Shown here: positions 16,725 through 26,553 of the stretch, in pieces | Position numbering within the stretch: position 1 is the stretch's first letter | Layout of the letters: every line of letters starts with the position of its first letter | Source: Massilicoli timonensis | GTDB taxonomy: Bacteria > Bacillota_I > Bacilli_A > Erysipelotrichales > Erysipelotrichaceae | NCBI RefSeq assembly: GCF_900199515.1 | Contig: NZ_LT963434.1 | Location: 1,083,272 to 1,115,271, forward strand | Direction of reading: 5' to 3' | Length of the DNA stretch: 32,000 bases | Made by a program: the position numbers and the translations under genes | Notes under the pieces: model-generated | Databases searched by the model: none | Told to the model about the DNA's origin: nothing | What the model saw: the letters and a program-made list of their open reading frames with translations, nothing else

Positions 16725-18644
16725 TTACATTATCTTCTGAAACATATAGCGCACCTTGTCCAGGCGGCTGTTTGGACGGCGGGGCTGGATGACTGGCTTG
16801 CCGACAGCGGCCTGATACCCTTTCAGTTCTGTAAGGCATACGCTCTGCCCGTTGGTGTAAAAGGCCAGATCAGTACGGTATGCCTGTATACAGCGGGCGG
16901 GAATCTCGCCAGTAAAGACAACTTCATCCTTTTTTACCTGGACCGTTTCGATGGTGGCACAGTATTTCGGTGCATCATGATAAGCCCTGGAAAGATATTC
17001 CCGGGGCGCATAGAGGGTGAAGGAGAGATAAGGTTCCAGCAGTTGCGTCCCTGATTCCTTCAATGCCTGTTCCAATACAATCGGGGCCAATGAGCGGAAG
17101 TCCGCCGGCGTGCTGACCGGACTGTAATAAAGCCCGTATTCAAAGCAAATCTTACAGTCCGTTACGTTCCAGCCGAACAAGCCCTGCTCCAGCCCGTAAC
17201 GGATACCATCCCTGACAGCGTTTTGAAAACTCTGGTTCAAGTATCCCAGCGAAACCCGGCTCTCGTATTGTACACCGGAGCCAAGCGGGAGTGGTGTAAC
17301 AGACAGTCCGATGGATGCCCAAAACGGGTTGGGCGGCACCTCGATATGGATGGTGTGGCTGGCTGCTTTGAGCGGCCGCTCCATATAAATGACGGTGGGT
17401 TCCTTTACCACTGTTTCAAGCTTGTATTTTTCCGACAGCAAAGCGGAAACAACCTCCAACTGCACCCGGCCCAAAAAAGAAAGAATGATCTCATGGGTGA
17501 TGGAATCCACCTCGCAGCGCAAAAGCGGGTCAGTATCCGCAAGTTGCGTAAGAGCGTCCAGCAGCCGTTCTCTTTGCGCTGCCGTTTTCGGCGCAATCGA
17601 CGTCCGCAGCATGGGGAGGGGGTCCTCACGCCACCTTTTACGAGGGAGCCGGGTTGGGTCCCCTAATACATCGTTTAACCTCACGCTGTCGCTGGGAAGG
17701 ATAACAATTTCACCCGGATAAGCGGTGTCTGTCCGAACAATTTCCCCTTTGGATGGAATACGCATCTCTGTGATTTTCAGCTTTTCTCTCCCGGCCAGGG
17801 CCACCGTATCCCGCAGGCGCAGCGTTCCGCTGTATAGCCGTAGATAGACACGCCGCTGGCCGCAATCTGTATACTCCACCTTGAAAACGCTGCCGCATAG
17901 GGCGGCGCTCCCCTGTTCCCCAATCGGTTGGAACAGCCCTGTCACCGCATCCATCAACGGTTGAATGCCAAGGCCCTTTTTGGCGCTGCCATAATAGACC
18001 GGGAACAGGGAGGCGTCTTGAACCCGCCGCTGTTCCTCCCGCACAAGTTTTTCCCGGCTGATTGGTTCTCCTGCGATATACTTTTCCAATAATTTATCGT
18101 TATTTTCGATGACCGCATCCCATGCTTCTATGTCGGTATTTTCCTCCAGGACTATTTCCGGGGACAGCGACACCGTCTGCTTGATGATAATATCGGCGGA
18201 GAGCTTATCCCGAACAGACTGAACCACGCTCTGCAAATCAACGCCAGCCTGGTCGATCTTGTTGATAAAGATAACGGTGGGAATGTTCATTTTCCGCAGG
18301 GCATGGAACAGAATACGGGTCTGGGCCTGCACGCCATCTTTAGCGGAGATCACCAAGATGGCCCCATCTAAAACAGCCAAAGAGCGGTACACCTCCGCCA
18401 AAAAATCCATGTGGCCGGGCGTATCCACAATGTTGACTTTACATCTGTGCCACTGGAAGGAAGTGACTGCCGCTTGAATGGTAATCCCACGCTGCCGCTC
18501 CAAAAACATGGTGTCCGTCCTCGTTGTCCCTTTTTCGACGCTCCCCGGTTCTGAAATGGCTCCGCTGGCATATAGCAGGCTCTCCGTCAAGGTCGTCTTT
18601 CCAGCGTCTACATGGGCAAGAATTCCAATATTGATTATTTTCAT
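16725..18644 (-). CDS. tet(W): ribosomal protection tetracycline resistance protein, Tet(W)-type
   Basis: 639 aa. EF-G-like GTPase ([18 protein letters not shown]). N-terminal [53 protein letters not shown] and C-terminal ...[13 protein letters not shown] match Tet(W) as I remember it and differ from Tet(M)/Tet(O). A mosaic tet allele cannot be excluded by eye. Confidence 0.92.
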   Translation of the reverse strand: MKIINIGILAHVDAGKTTLTESLLYASGAISEPGSVEKGTTRTDTMFLERQRGITIQAAVTSFQWHRCKVNIVDTPGHMDFLAEVYRSLAVLDGAILVISAKDGVQAQTRILFHALRKMNIPTVIFINKIDQAGVDLQSVVQSVRDKLSADIIIKQTVSLSPEIVLEENTDIEAWDAVIENNDKLLEKYIAGEPISREKLVREEQRRVQDASLFPVYYGSAKKGLGIQPLMDAVTGLFQPIGEQGSAALCGSVFKVEYTDCGQRRVYLRLYSGTLRLRDTVALAGREKLKITEMRIPSKGEIVRTDTAYPGEIVILPSDSVRLNDVLGDPTRLPRKRWREDPLPMLRTSIAPKTAAQRERLLDALTQLADTDPLLRCEVDSITHEIILSFLGRVQLEVVSALLSEKYKLETVVKEPTVIYMERPLKAASHTIHIEVPPNPFWASIGLSVTPLPLGSGVQYESRVSLGYLNQSFQNAVRDGIRYGLEQGLFGWNVTDCKICFEYGLYYSPVSTPADFRSLAPIVLEQALKESGTQLLEPYLSFTLYAPREYLSRAYHDAPKYCATIETVQVKKDEVVFTGEIPARCIQAYRTDLAFYTNGQSVCLTELKGYQAAVGKPVIQPRRPNSRLDKVRYMFQKIM

Positions 18645-18948
18645 GTGATTGTCCTCCCTTTACTGCCCCGAAGGGCATAAAAATCCCCAGCAGTAAAATA
18701 CTTTTACCACTGGGGATGATAATTTGCGGACATACACATATACAGCATACACCTGTTTGTGAGTGCTGTTTTTGGGGATATGTCAAAATTGATAAGGCAA
18801 AAGTATTCTTAAATTGGGTACAAAAAACTAAGCCCCTACAAAAGGGACTATCATAATCCTTTGTTCCCACTATTTGATTATAGTTTTATTTAAGAATACC
18901 TTGCCGCATATTTTTTACTCCTTTTCTGGAATTGACTATATTATATCA
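18645..18948 (-). promoter_or_regulatory. tet(W) promoter and leader/attenuator
   Basis: All on the minus strand. Extended -10 TGATATAAT (18940-18948). SD AAGGAG plus sORF MRQGILK (18886-18909). Hairpin with U-tract at 18821-18849. Hairpin AUCCCCAG/CUGGGGAU (18683-18717) with UUUUUAU just upstream of the tet(W) SD AGGGAGGA. Confidence 0.6.
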
Positions 18949-19265
18949 CATCAGTTTTAGGAAAACAAGTATCTAAAAGAAATTTTTCTTCCCCTTATAT
19001 GTAACAATCATACCGGCTTCCTAACGTTCAGAATGGTTTCTACTGTCTGCTGCGGTGTTTGGTTGGAATTGTCCAGCCAAAAGCCGATCCGTGGTGTTGT
19101 CTGCATTTTACTAAATACAAATTCAATGTATACAGAAAGAAATATATAAGGAGTGGGAGGGATTCCGCCGTAGTCGGCATTGTAGGAAAATCCAAAAGTT
19201 TAGATTTTCTCAAAATGCTTATCTTTTGGTCTTTGGTTCGGAATAGTGTAGTGCTGGCGGTCTAT

Positions 19266-19829
19266 CTATTGTTTTCGGTTGCTTGCTTCTTTACCGTACA
19301 TGAGCATTAGCATTTCTTTGGAAACGATCATATTCAGATGATGCATCAAAACTTTCATCACTTCAGCTTCTTTATAACCCAAATGGATCGATTTACCATT
19401 ACAGGTCAGATTATGATTGGAAAGATGAAAGGTCAGATCATCAAACACCAGTTCTTCCAGCACCACTTCTCCCTGACGACGGGAAAGCGCACGAATACGC
19501 GCCAGCAGCTCTTCACTGGAAAACGGCTTTGTCATATAGTCATCCGCACCGCTGTCTAATCCCTGGATCTTATCCTGCACATCATCCTTTGCCGTTAACA
19601 TCAGCACCGGCACCTGATTGTGAAGCTGACGCAGTTCTCTGACGACATCAAATCCGTTTTTCCCCGGAAGCATGACATCTAAAAGCATGACATCATATTC
19701 CTGAAGCATGGCGTAAGTAACCGCATCATCGCCATTATCGATCAGATCGACCTGATATTTCTGTTCTTTTAACAATTCACAGATCGCACTGCCGAGGTTG
19801 ATCTCATCTTCTACTACCAGTATCCGCAT
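19266..19829 (-). pseudogene. OmpR/PhoB-family response regulator, 3'-truncated by insertion of E2
   Basis: ATG 19829 (SD GAGGTG) gives MRILVVEDE... The receiver domain is intact (DLIDNGDD, LLDVMLPG, LTAKD). The winged-helix domain stops 8 residues after the conserved MYG, and about 40 C-terminal residues are missing. Composition changes at this point. Confidence 0.75.
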
Positions 19830-20049
19830 TCCTCTCACCTCACTTTCTACATTAAAACACAAGGACCATGCCCTGTAAACAGTATAATGAGGAAAACTGA
19901 AAATAAACTGAAATCAGGATAAGAAAGCACAACCGTTTTACATCAAACACTTCCCAGTACAAGTTCCTACTATGTGAATGGTTTTGAGATACTTTCTCTT
20001 TTTAATTTACCTCTACCTTTCCCTAAATTAAAAAGCAGGCATTTGCCCG

Positions 20050-20907
20050 CTATTTCCCATATCGCTTAAAATACTGAATGGCCTGACAGCCCAGCCCCGT
20101 ATGCGCCGATACCACGCTCACTAACGGAATCAGCGTATGATGTGCATCAGGGAATGCCGCCTTTAATTTGTCTTGCAGAACATGTCCTTCCGCTTCACTG
20201 TCTACATGCGCAACGATGATTTCCCAGTTTTCGTCAATGCCGTCTTGCTTCATCAAATCGACGGACTGATCCATCGCTCGATGCAGCGTACGCACCTTCC
20301 CCACCACATCGATCTTTCCCGCTGTTTTCTGATTGATCTGCAAGATCGGCTTGATCTTTAATAAACCGCCTAAGGTTGCCGCAAGCGGTGTCAAACGCCC
20401 GCCGCGCTTCAAATGCTGAAGATCATCCGGCATCAGCAGCGTATTGGTAGAAGCCACGACTTCCTCTAAGATCGCTTTGATTTCCGCAATGCTCTTTTGT
20501 TCTTCTTCATACAGTCGCTTTGCCAGTACGATCAAATATTCTTCGACAACAGCTGTTACATGGCAGTCCACATAATCAAACGCAATGCCGACTTGCTCTG
20601 CCGTCATCTTCATTGCCTGTATCGTACCGGAAAGTCCGCTGCAGATCGGTACCGCAAAGATCATATCATAGCCTTCCTGTTTGAGCTGTGTAAACAGATC
20701 TTCGATCATTCCGGCTGCCGGTAAACTTGTTTTCAAATTGATCTGACGACGCATGAGCGCATTCACATCTTCTAATGTGATCTCAACCAAATCTAATTTA
20801 TTCTCCTCTTCATAACTGATCTGAAGCGGCAGGGAATAAACGCCCTGCGCTTTCATTTCTTCAATTGTTTTTCCGGTTCCGCTGTCGGTTACGAATGCTA
20901 CTTTCAT
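20050..20907 (-). CDS. DegV-family fatty-acid-binding protein
   Basis: 285 aa. MKVAFVTDSG..., SGLSGT and KRGGR motifs typical of DegV/FakB. Confidence 0.9.
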   Translation of the reverse strand: MKVAFVTDSGTGKTIEEMKAQGVYSLPLQISYEEENKLDLVEITLEDVNALMRRQINLKTSLPAAGMIEDLFTQLKQEGYDMIFAVPICSGLSGTIQAMKMTAEQVGIAFDYVDCHVTAVVEEYLIVLAKRLYEEEQKSIAEIKAILEEVVASTNTLLMPDDLQHLKRGGRLTPLAATLGGLLKIKPILQINQKTAGKIDVVGKVRTLHRAMDQSVDLMKQDGIDENWEIIVAHVDSEAEGHVLQDKLKAAFPDAHHTLIPLVSVVSAHTGLGCQAIQYFKRYGK

Positions 20908-20981
20908 TGCTGGTACCCCTCTTCATTTCTATTTGTCTCTATTTTATCACAGTTTATGCAATCCTGCATGATTTCCTGCTC

Positions 20982-21857
20982 TTAATCCCATTCACTTTTT
21001 CGAATCGTCTGTAAAGCGAGACAGCCATCGCCTGTATGGCAGCCAAGCACCGTCGGCAGTTCCATTTCACTGATTTCAAAATCTCCGACCTGCTTACGCA
21101 CCGCTTCAGCCAGACGCTTCGCCGCCTCTTGACTGTTGGCGTGTGGAATACATAGACGATGTGTTTCCGGCGTTACGCCATGTTCTTTCAGATCGTCGCA
21201 GATCATTTGAAACAGCTTGGTTTCTGTTCTTGCCATACCGAACTTATCCACGCATGAGCCATCCTCTGCCAGCTTCAGCAGCGGTTTGATCTTCAATAAA
21301 CCGGCTACCGCCGCGGCTGCCGGTGAGATTCGCCCGCCTCTTTTTAACTGTACCAAATCCTTGGGAATGGCATAAGTCATCGTATCATCCAGTTTTTCCG
21401 CTAATACGTTTAAGATCGTTTCCAGCGGCGCATTTGCTTCAGCCATCTTCTTTGCGCAGCACGCACAGTCCTGAAGCGGCGCTGCCAGCGTTCTGGTTTC
21501 GATCACATGCACTTCATCCATCTCAAGTGATTCTGCCGCAAACCGAAAGCCCTGATAGGTGCCTGATAGACCGGCTGCGATCGGCAGGACGATGATCGCA
21601 TCATAATGCGCTTCCTTCCACTGCTTCATGCAGTTTTCCAAATAACCGGGATTCGGCTGTGAAGTCGTCGGCAGTTTGCCTTCTGCCTGTGCCGCATATA
21701 ACTCATTTGCACGCATTTCGATCTGATCTTTATATTCCTTATCATCCAGTAAAACAGATAAGGCAACCAAAGCAACGCCTGCTTTTTGCGCATCCGCTTC
21801 ATTCCAGCCCGATGTCGTATCGGTTACCACTAATATTTTTGACTGTTCCATAAACAT
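20982..21857 (-). CDS. DegV-family fatty-acid-binding protein (paralogue)
   Basis: 291 aa. ILVVTDTTSG, AGLSGTYQ and LKRGGRISP motifs. Confidence 0.9.
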   Translation of the reverse strand: MFMEQSKILVVTDTTSGWNEADAQKAGVALVALSVLLDDKEYKDQIEMRANELYAAQAEGKLPTTSQPNPGYLENCMKQWKEAHYDAIIVLPIAAGLSGTYQGFRFAAESLEMDEVHVIETRTLAAPLQDCACCAKKMAEANAPLETILNVLAEKLDDTMTYAIPKDLVQLKRGGRISPAAAAVAGLLKIKPLLKLAEDGSCVDKFGMARTETKLFQMICDDLKEHGVTPETHRLCIPHANSQEAAKRLAEAVRKQVGDFEISEMELPTVLGCHTGDGCLALQTIRKSEWD

Positions 21858-22059
21858 CCTCTTTTCTTCTTTTCCCGCACATTATACACATGCTTTATTT
21901 GATTGTCAAACTATTTTCATTTCATTGCTGTTCTATGCAACTGCATTATACTATATCCTATTCTCATAGTAAAACAGATTTTCATTTCACTTATGATCAG
22001 ATTATGCTTGTATGTGTGATTTCTTTCTTTTATAATGAAAAACAAAGAGAGGTGAAGCC

Positions 22060-22668
22060 ATGTATCGCTTGCATGCAGACAGCCATTACGAAATCGAAAT
22101 CAAAAAATCCCGTTTTATCTGTTATCTGCATAAATGTGATACAGAAGCGGATGCCAAAGCATTTATTCAGCAGATCCGCAGGCAGCACCCGGATGCCAGA
22201 CATCACTGCTATGCGTTTATTATCGGTGAGCATCATGAGCTGATGCGAAGCAGCGATGACGGCGAACCGCATGGCACTGCCGGCGTACCGATGCTGGAGT
22301 GTTTGAAGAAACATGAGGTCGAGCAGATCGTCGCGGTAACCGTACGTTATTTCGGCGGTGTTTTATTAGGAGCAGGCGGCCTGGTGCGCGCTTACTCACA
22401 AAGTGTATCACAGGCGTTATCGCATGCGACGCTCACGACACCGACCTTGATGAAGCGTTACCGTCTGACTTTTTCTTACGCTTTGATCGGTAAGATCGAT
22501 CATTTATTAAAAGGACAGGCTGACATCATCGACAAGCAGTATGATGAAAAAGTAACGTATCTTTACCGCACCGATAATCCACATCTAAGCGAACAGATCG
22601 CCGAGCTGAGCGCCGGCAAAGAGCTGCCTCACTATTTAGAAGATGAGATCGTGGAAAAAGCGATCTGA
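22060..22668 (+). CDS. YigZ / IMPACT-family protein (UPF0029)
   Basis: 202 aa. EIKKSRFI, ARHHCYAF, SDDGEP.GTAG.PML and RYFGG..LG.GGLVRAY motifs. Confidence 0.85.
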   Translation: MYRLHADSHYEIEIKKSRFICYLHKCDTEADAKAFIQQIRRQHPDARHHCYAFIIGEHHELMRSSDDGEPHGTAGVPMLECLKKHEVEQIVAVTVRYFGGVLLGAGGLVRAYSQSVSQALSHATLTTPTLMKRYRLTFSYALIGKIDHLLKGQADIIDKQYDEKVTYLYRTDNPHLSEQIAELSAGKELPHYLEDEIVEKAI

Positions 22669-22679
22669 TGAAGTAGATC

Positions 22680-22705
22680 AAAACAGCCGAAAACGGCTGT
22701 TTTTC
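22680..22705. terminator. bidirectional Rho-independent terminator
   Basis: ACAGCCG (22683-22689), AAAA loop, CGGCTGT (22694-22700). Flanked by A-run and T-run, between convergent genes. Confidence 0.75.
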
Positions 22706-22760
22706 AATGTACACGATAAAAAAGAAACGCCCTAATCGCGCTCCTTTTTCGCTCTAATGA

Positions 22761-23012
22761 TCAAAACAAAAACAATTCACTGAGTTCAACGTCCAGCGCT
22801 TTGGCCAGCCGTTCAATGATCTTCAAAGAAACATTGCGTTCTCCTCTTTCCATATCCGATACATAATTGCGGTGGATACCGGAAAATTCCGCAAGTTTTT
22901 CTTGCGACCAGCCTTTTGCTTTACGCAGTTTTCTAACCCTCTTCCCAAATGCAATACAAATCGTGCTTTCATCCGTTTGGTCTATCATGTCGCTCGGTAG
23001 TAATCCATTCAT
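22761..23012 (-). CDS. XRE-family HTH transcriptional regulator
   Basis: 83 aa with the HTH_3 core FGKRVRKLRKAKGWSQEKLAEFSGIHRNYVSDMERGERNVSL. Confidence 0.8.
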   Translation of the reverse strand: MNGLLPSDMIDQTDESTICIAFGKRVRKLRKAKGWSQEKLAEFSGIHRNYVSDMERGERNVSLKIIERLAKALDVELSELFLF

Positions 23013-23093
23013 GATTTCACCCTACCCTTTCACACTTTTATTTATATGAAAATGATACCAATTACCTGATTGAACGTCTACCTATGATAAGTG

Positions 23094-23609
23094 TTAGTGG
23101 AATTTTTTGTAAAGAAAAAATACAAAAACAGAGGCCCAAACCATGCTGCTGAACCCTAAAATGAGATTTCCTCTGGTATGATCGGGGACATCTCGCTGTT
23201 TCACTGCCGTACTGATCGTTTCTTCGCTCTGCGTGGCATCCTGCATTTCTTTGGCATAACGATACTGTGGATTGCGTATTGCGACAGAGGCGATTTCTCG
23301 TTCCAATAGGATCGACTGCACCAATTTCCCATCTGCGAATACATACACATCAAGCGGCTCCTCAATAGCGGAAACCGCGTCTGCCTCAATCTCCAAGCGC
23401 TTTGCCTGTTCTAAGAGCGGACATACTTGTTTTTGTCCTTCCTCGCTGATCCATACATTAAACAACGTGATCGGAAAGACGCTTTCCTCATATTCTACAA
23501 GGATCTGTTCCTCGCTGCACGCATGCAAATTCACTTCGTATCTCGTCCCGTGTAAAAAAGGAAAAAAGGCAGCTATCCATGCCAGTATATACCTCATATA
23601 CATCACCAC
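23094..23609 (-). CDS. membrane-anchored protein with a degenerate staphylococcal-nuclease-like core (hypothetical)
   Basis: 171 aa with N-terminal and C-terminal hydrophobic segments. LEIEADAVSAIEEPLDVYVFADGKLVQSILLEREIASVAI resembles the SNase IEVEFDKG...[25 protein letters not shown], but the DTPE catalytic/Ca-binding motif is absent. Confidence 0.45.
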   Translation of the reverse strand: MVMYMRYILAWIAAFFPFLHGTRYEVNLHACSEEQILVEYEESVFPITLFNVWISEEGQKQVCPLLEQAKRLEIEADAVSAIEEPLDVYVFADGKLVQSILLEREIASVAIRNPQYRYAKEMQDATQSEETISTAVKQRDVPDHTRGNLILGFSSMVWASVFVFFLYKKFH

Positions 23610-23635
23610 TTCTAGTCTGCACTTTTCATTGCCTT

Positions 23636-24580
23636 TTATTCACTGCGGTATTGATTTGCGATTTCTCTGATCTTGCTGAGCCGATGTTTCATGCCGGATT
23701 TGGTGATCGTTGCCTGATATGCTTCATGGTACAGTTCACATAACTCATTCAACGAGCTTTCCGGATATGCTTTGCGCAGCAGCGCCACTTCCTTGATCTT
23801 TTCCGGCAGACTTTCCAATGACTGAAAGTTCTCGATCCAGGCGATGTCCTCCAGCTGCTTTGCCCCGGCCTTCAAAGAACGCATTTCATTGGCTACCTCG
23901 CAGTTGTCTAAACGCGTCAGCGAATTCATGAAATCACGCTGAATGCGGCTGTCCTCGAAGCTGAACAAAGCGTCGCTTGCCCCGATACAGCGCAGAAAAT
24001 CCGATATTTTATCGCTCGCCTTCAAATAGACGACATGCTGATGACGGCGAATGATATATTTGGCCGGCAGATGAAAGCGATTCATCAGCTTCTGGATAAA
24101 TTTTGCCAGTTCTTCACTGCCTGCAGTCAATTCCAGATGATAATTGCTCGTCTGCGGCGAATTGATCGAACCGCCTGCCAAAAACGCACCTGCCAGATAA
24201 GCTCTGGCACAGCACTCTTTTTTCACCATGGCGGCGCTTGGATGGGTCCGCAAGCCTTTTTCCGAAAAAAGCTCCAGATCCTCTAAGATTTCCTTGGCCT
24301 GTTTTACGATTCGAATCACATATACATTGTTTTTCTTTAATTTCATCTTGCGCAGCACGGACAGTTCGCTCTCCACATGATAGCGTTCCTTTACCAGTTT
24401 CCAGATACGCTTAGCCGTATTCACATTCTCGCTTTTTACGACGATATGAATGCCGCGGTTTGTAAAACTGAGGGTGGAACAGATTTGAATGAGCGCTGAC
24501 AGCTGTGCTTTTTCACAGCATGCATGCAATAGATTCTGCGCGACTTCCGCTTTGACTTCACTTGTGAAGGACATTTTCAT
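23636..24580 (-). CDS. whiA: DNA-binding sporulation/cell-division regulator WhiA
   Basis: 314 aa. MSFTSEVKAEV start, LAGAFLAGGSI (LAGLIDADG-like) and a C-terminal HTH (SGMKHRLSKI). Conserved yvcJ-yvcK-whiA order. Confidence 0.9.
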   Translation of the reverse strand: MKMSFTSEVKAEVAQNLLHACCEKAQLSALIQICSTLSFTNRGIHIVVKSENVNTAKRIWKLVKERYHVESELSVLRKMKLKKNNVYVIRIVKQAKEILEDLELFSEKGLRTHPSAAMVKKECCARAYLAGAFLAGGSINSPQTSNYHLELTAGSEELAKFIQKLMNRFHLPAKYIIRRHQHVVYLKASDKISDFLRCIGASDALFSFEDSRIQRDFMNSLTRLDNCEVANEMRSLKAGAKQLEDIAWIENFQSLESLPEKIKEVALLRKAYPESSLNELCELYHEAYQATITKSGMKHRLSKIREIANQYRSE

Positions 24581-25514
24581 CCTCCTTTAACAACTGCTCC
24601 AGCATTTCTTTGATCTTTTCGCTGTCATGACGGATCAACTGATTTTCAAAACTCAACATATCGCAGTAAAGCAAGCGATAATCATGGTTTTGTTCTTTTA
24701 CTAAGATCGGAAAGCTGCCCATTAATTCATAGCGTGCCAATATCTGCGGAGAAATGATGTTATTATGTGCGACCACAATGTCGATCGCTTCCGGGAAAGT
24801 ATGGTCGATGATCGCCTGCACATGATCTTCCAGCGAATAATAATCCGTTTCCCCGGACTGACTCATCGCATTGCAGATATAGATCTTCTTTGCCTCGCTT
24901 TGCTTTAATGCCTTTGCGATGCCTTCAATGATCAAGTTCGGCAGGATACTGGTATAAAGCGATCCGATTCCATAAATAATGTAGTCCGCTTCCAAAATGG
25001 CCTGCACCGCTTTCTCATTGGCAACGACATCTTCTTCATAAAATACGCGTTCGACCCGGTTCTTAAATTTGGGAATGTTGCTTTCACCGCGTACGATCGT
25101 GCCATCCTGCATCATCGCAAACAGCGTAATGACCTGTTCCGTCGATGGCAAGATCTGCCCTTTGATGTTCAAGACCTTGCAGCACTGCTCGATCGCATTC
25201 ATAAAGCTGCCTGATTCCTGTGCCAATGCCGTTAAGATCAGATTCCCCAAGTTATGTCCGCCGATATCGCTCTCACCGCTGAAGCGAAAATTCATAAGTG
25301 ATTTCAACATGCTTTCGCTTTCAGCAAGGGCGCACATGACATGGCGAATATCACCCATTGCCGGAATATGAAACTGCCGCCGCAAACGGCCGGTGCTGCC
25401 TCCGTCATCCGCAACGGTAACGATCGTCGTCAAAGCGATTCCTTCAATTTTCTTAAGCCCGCGCAGGATCGCCGACTGTCCCGTTCCTCCCCCGATCACG
25501 ACGACCTTTTTCAT
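24558..25514 (-). CDS. yvcK: YvcK-family gluconeogenesis/cell-shape factor (CofD-like)
   Basis: 318 aa. VVVIGGGTGQSAILRGLK, VADDGGSTGRLR and GHNLGNL motifs. Confidence 0.9.
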   Translation of the reverse strand: MKKVVVIGGGTGQSAILRGLKKIEGIALTTIVTVADDGGSTGRLRRQFHIPAMGDIRHVMCALAESESMLKSLMNFRFSGESDIGGHNLGNLILTALAQESGSFMNAIEQCCKVLNIKGQILPSTEQVITLFAMMQDGTIVRGESNIPKFKNRVERVFYEEDVVANEKAVQAILEADYIIYGIGSLYTSILPNLIIEGIAKALKQSEAKKIYICNAMSQSGETDYYSLEDHVQAIIDHTFPEAIDIVVAHNNIISPQILARYELMGSFPILVKEQNHDYRLLYCDMLSFENQLIRHDSEKIKEMLEQLLKEDENVLHK

Positions 25515-26377
25515 CTTGTTCCCTTCTTATCGCGATGCCCTTTATAGCAGTGATACTGATCGCGATAATGCGCATACAGCCAATTCGTAACGGATACCGA
25601 ACGATGCTGTCCGCCCGTACAGCCGATGCCGACCGTCAAATGCGTCTTGCCTTCCTGTTCATATTGTTCAAACAGATAATCCAAAAAATTGCGCAGGCGA
25701 ATCAAAAACTGCTGCGTCTGTTCAAACTGCATCACATAGTCATATACCGGCTGATCATCTCCGGTCAATCCTTTTAACGCTTCGATATAGTAGGGATTCG
25801 GCAGAAAACGGACATCAAAAAGCAGGTCCGCGTCCATCGGCACCCCATGCTTATAGCCAAACGATACAAAGCTGATCGCAAACACCGGTTTTTCCTGAAA
25901 AGACAGTTGATTGGTCAAAATGCCTTTTAAGCCTTTTTGATCCAGCTTGGTCGTATCAATGCGCAGGATCGCCCGTTCGATCAGACTGTCAAACATATCC
26001 CGTTCCATTTCGATCGCTTCTTCCAGCGTATTGGCCTTCGCATGCAGAAGCATCGGATGATGACGGCGCGTAAATTTATAACGTCTTAACAGTACCTCAT
26101 TAGACGCATCTAAAAAGACCACTCTTACTTTTACATCTATATTTTCAAAATAATTCAGAAATTTCGGGTAATCCATGGCGGTCGTCGCCAATGCCAAATG
26201 GCGATAGCGTTCATCCTGCGTATTGTGAATGATCTCGCCCAGATTTTTGATCAATTCTACCGGAAACTGGTCGATACAGTGATACCCCATATCTTCCAAA
26301 ATGCCGATTGCCGTCGTTTTCCCCGCACCTGACATGCCCGTGATCAGCAATACATCCGGCTGCTTTTCTTCTTTCAT
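25511..26377 (-). CDS. rapZ: RNase adapter / nucleotide-binding protein RapZ (YvcJ)
   Basis: The track start GTG 26413 is less likely than ATG 26377 (SD GAGGTG). Walker A GMSGAGKT. C-terminal GCTGGQHRSV. Confidence 0.9.
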   Translation of the reverse strand: MKEEKQPDVLLITGMSGAGKTTAIGILEDMGYHCIDQFPVELIKNLGEIIHNTQDERYRHLALATTAMDYPKFLNYFENIDVKVRVVFLDASNEVLLRRYKFTRRHHPMLLHAKANTLEEAIEMERDMFDSLIERAILRIDTTKLDQKGLKGILTNQLSFQEKPVFAISFVSFGYKHGVPMDADLLFDVRFLPNPYYIEALKGLTGDDQPVYDYVMQFEQTQQFLIRLRNFLDYLFEQYEQEGKTHLTVGIGCTGGQHRSVSVTNWLYAHYRDQYHCYKGHRDKKGTR

Positions 26378-26530
26378 CACATACACCTCATTTCTAGTCT
26401 TATAGTACCACACCCAAAGATGTCCTGCCAGCGTTTCTTTGATAAATGTCAGATGCGTTCCTGCCGCCTGTCCATCATATCCGCAAAGAAACGTATTTTT
26501 CCTAACCTTTTATGAAAACACGTATCGCAT

Positions 26531-26553
26531 CTAAAAAAGCCGGTTTCCCGGCT
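26531..26553 (-). terminator. Rho-independent terminator after trxB
   Basis: On the minus strand: AGCCGG-GAAA-CCGGCU followed by UUUUUUA. The stem overlaps the stop codon. Confidence 0.7.

Noticed and set aside
18439-18870. 143-aa minus-strand ORF overlapping the tet(W) 5' end and leader
   Set aside because: It is out of frame with tet(W) and starts at GTG inside the leader. It runs through the attenuator hairpins, so it is an artefact of the open frame.
19008-19310. Possible gene remnant (minus-strand open frame 19008-19199, ...YNADYGGIPPTPYIFLSVYIEFVFSKMQTTPRIGFWLDNSNQTPQQTVETILNVRKPV-stop) and plus-strand ORF 19059-19310
   Set aside because: Neither has a start codon with an SD, and I can recognise no family. 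It could be the terminal att arm of E2 or a decayed fragment, and cannot be supported as a feature without a database search.
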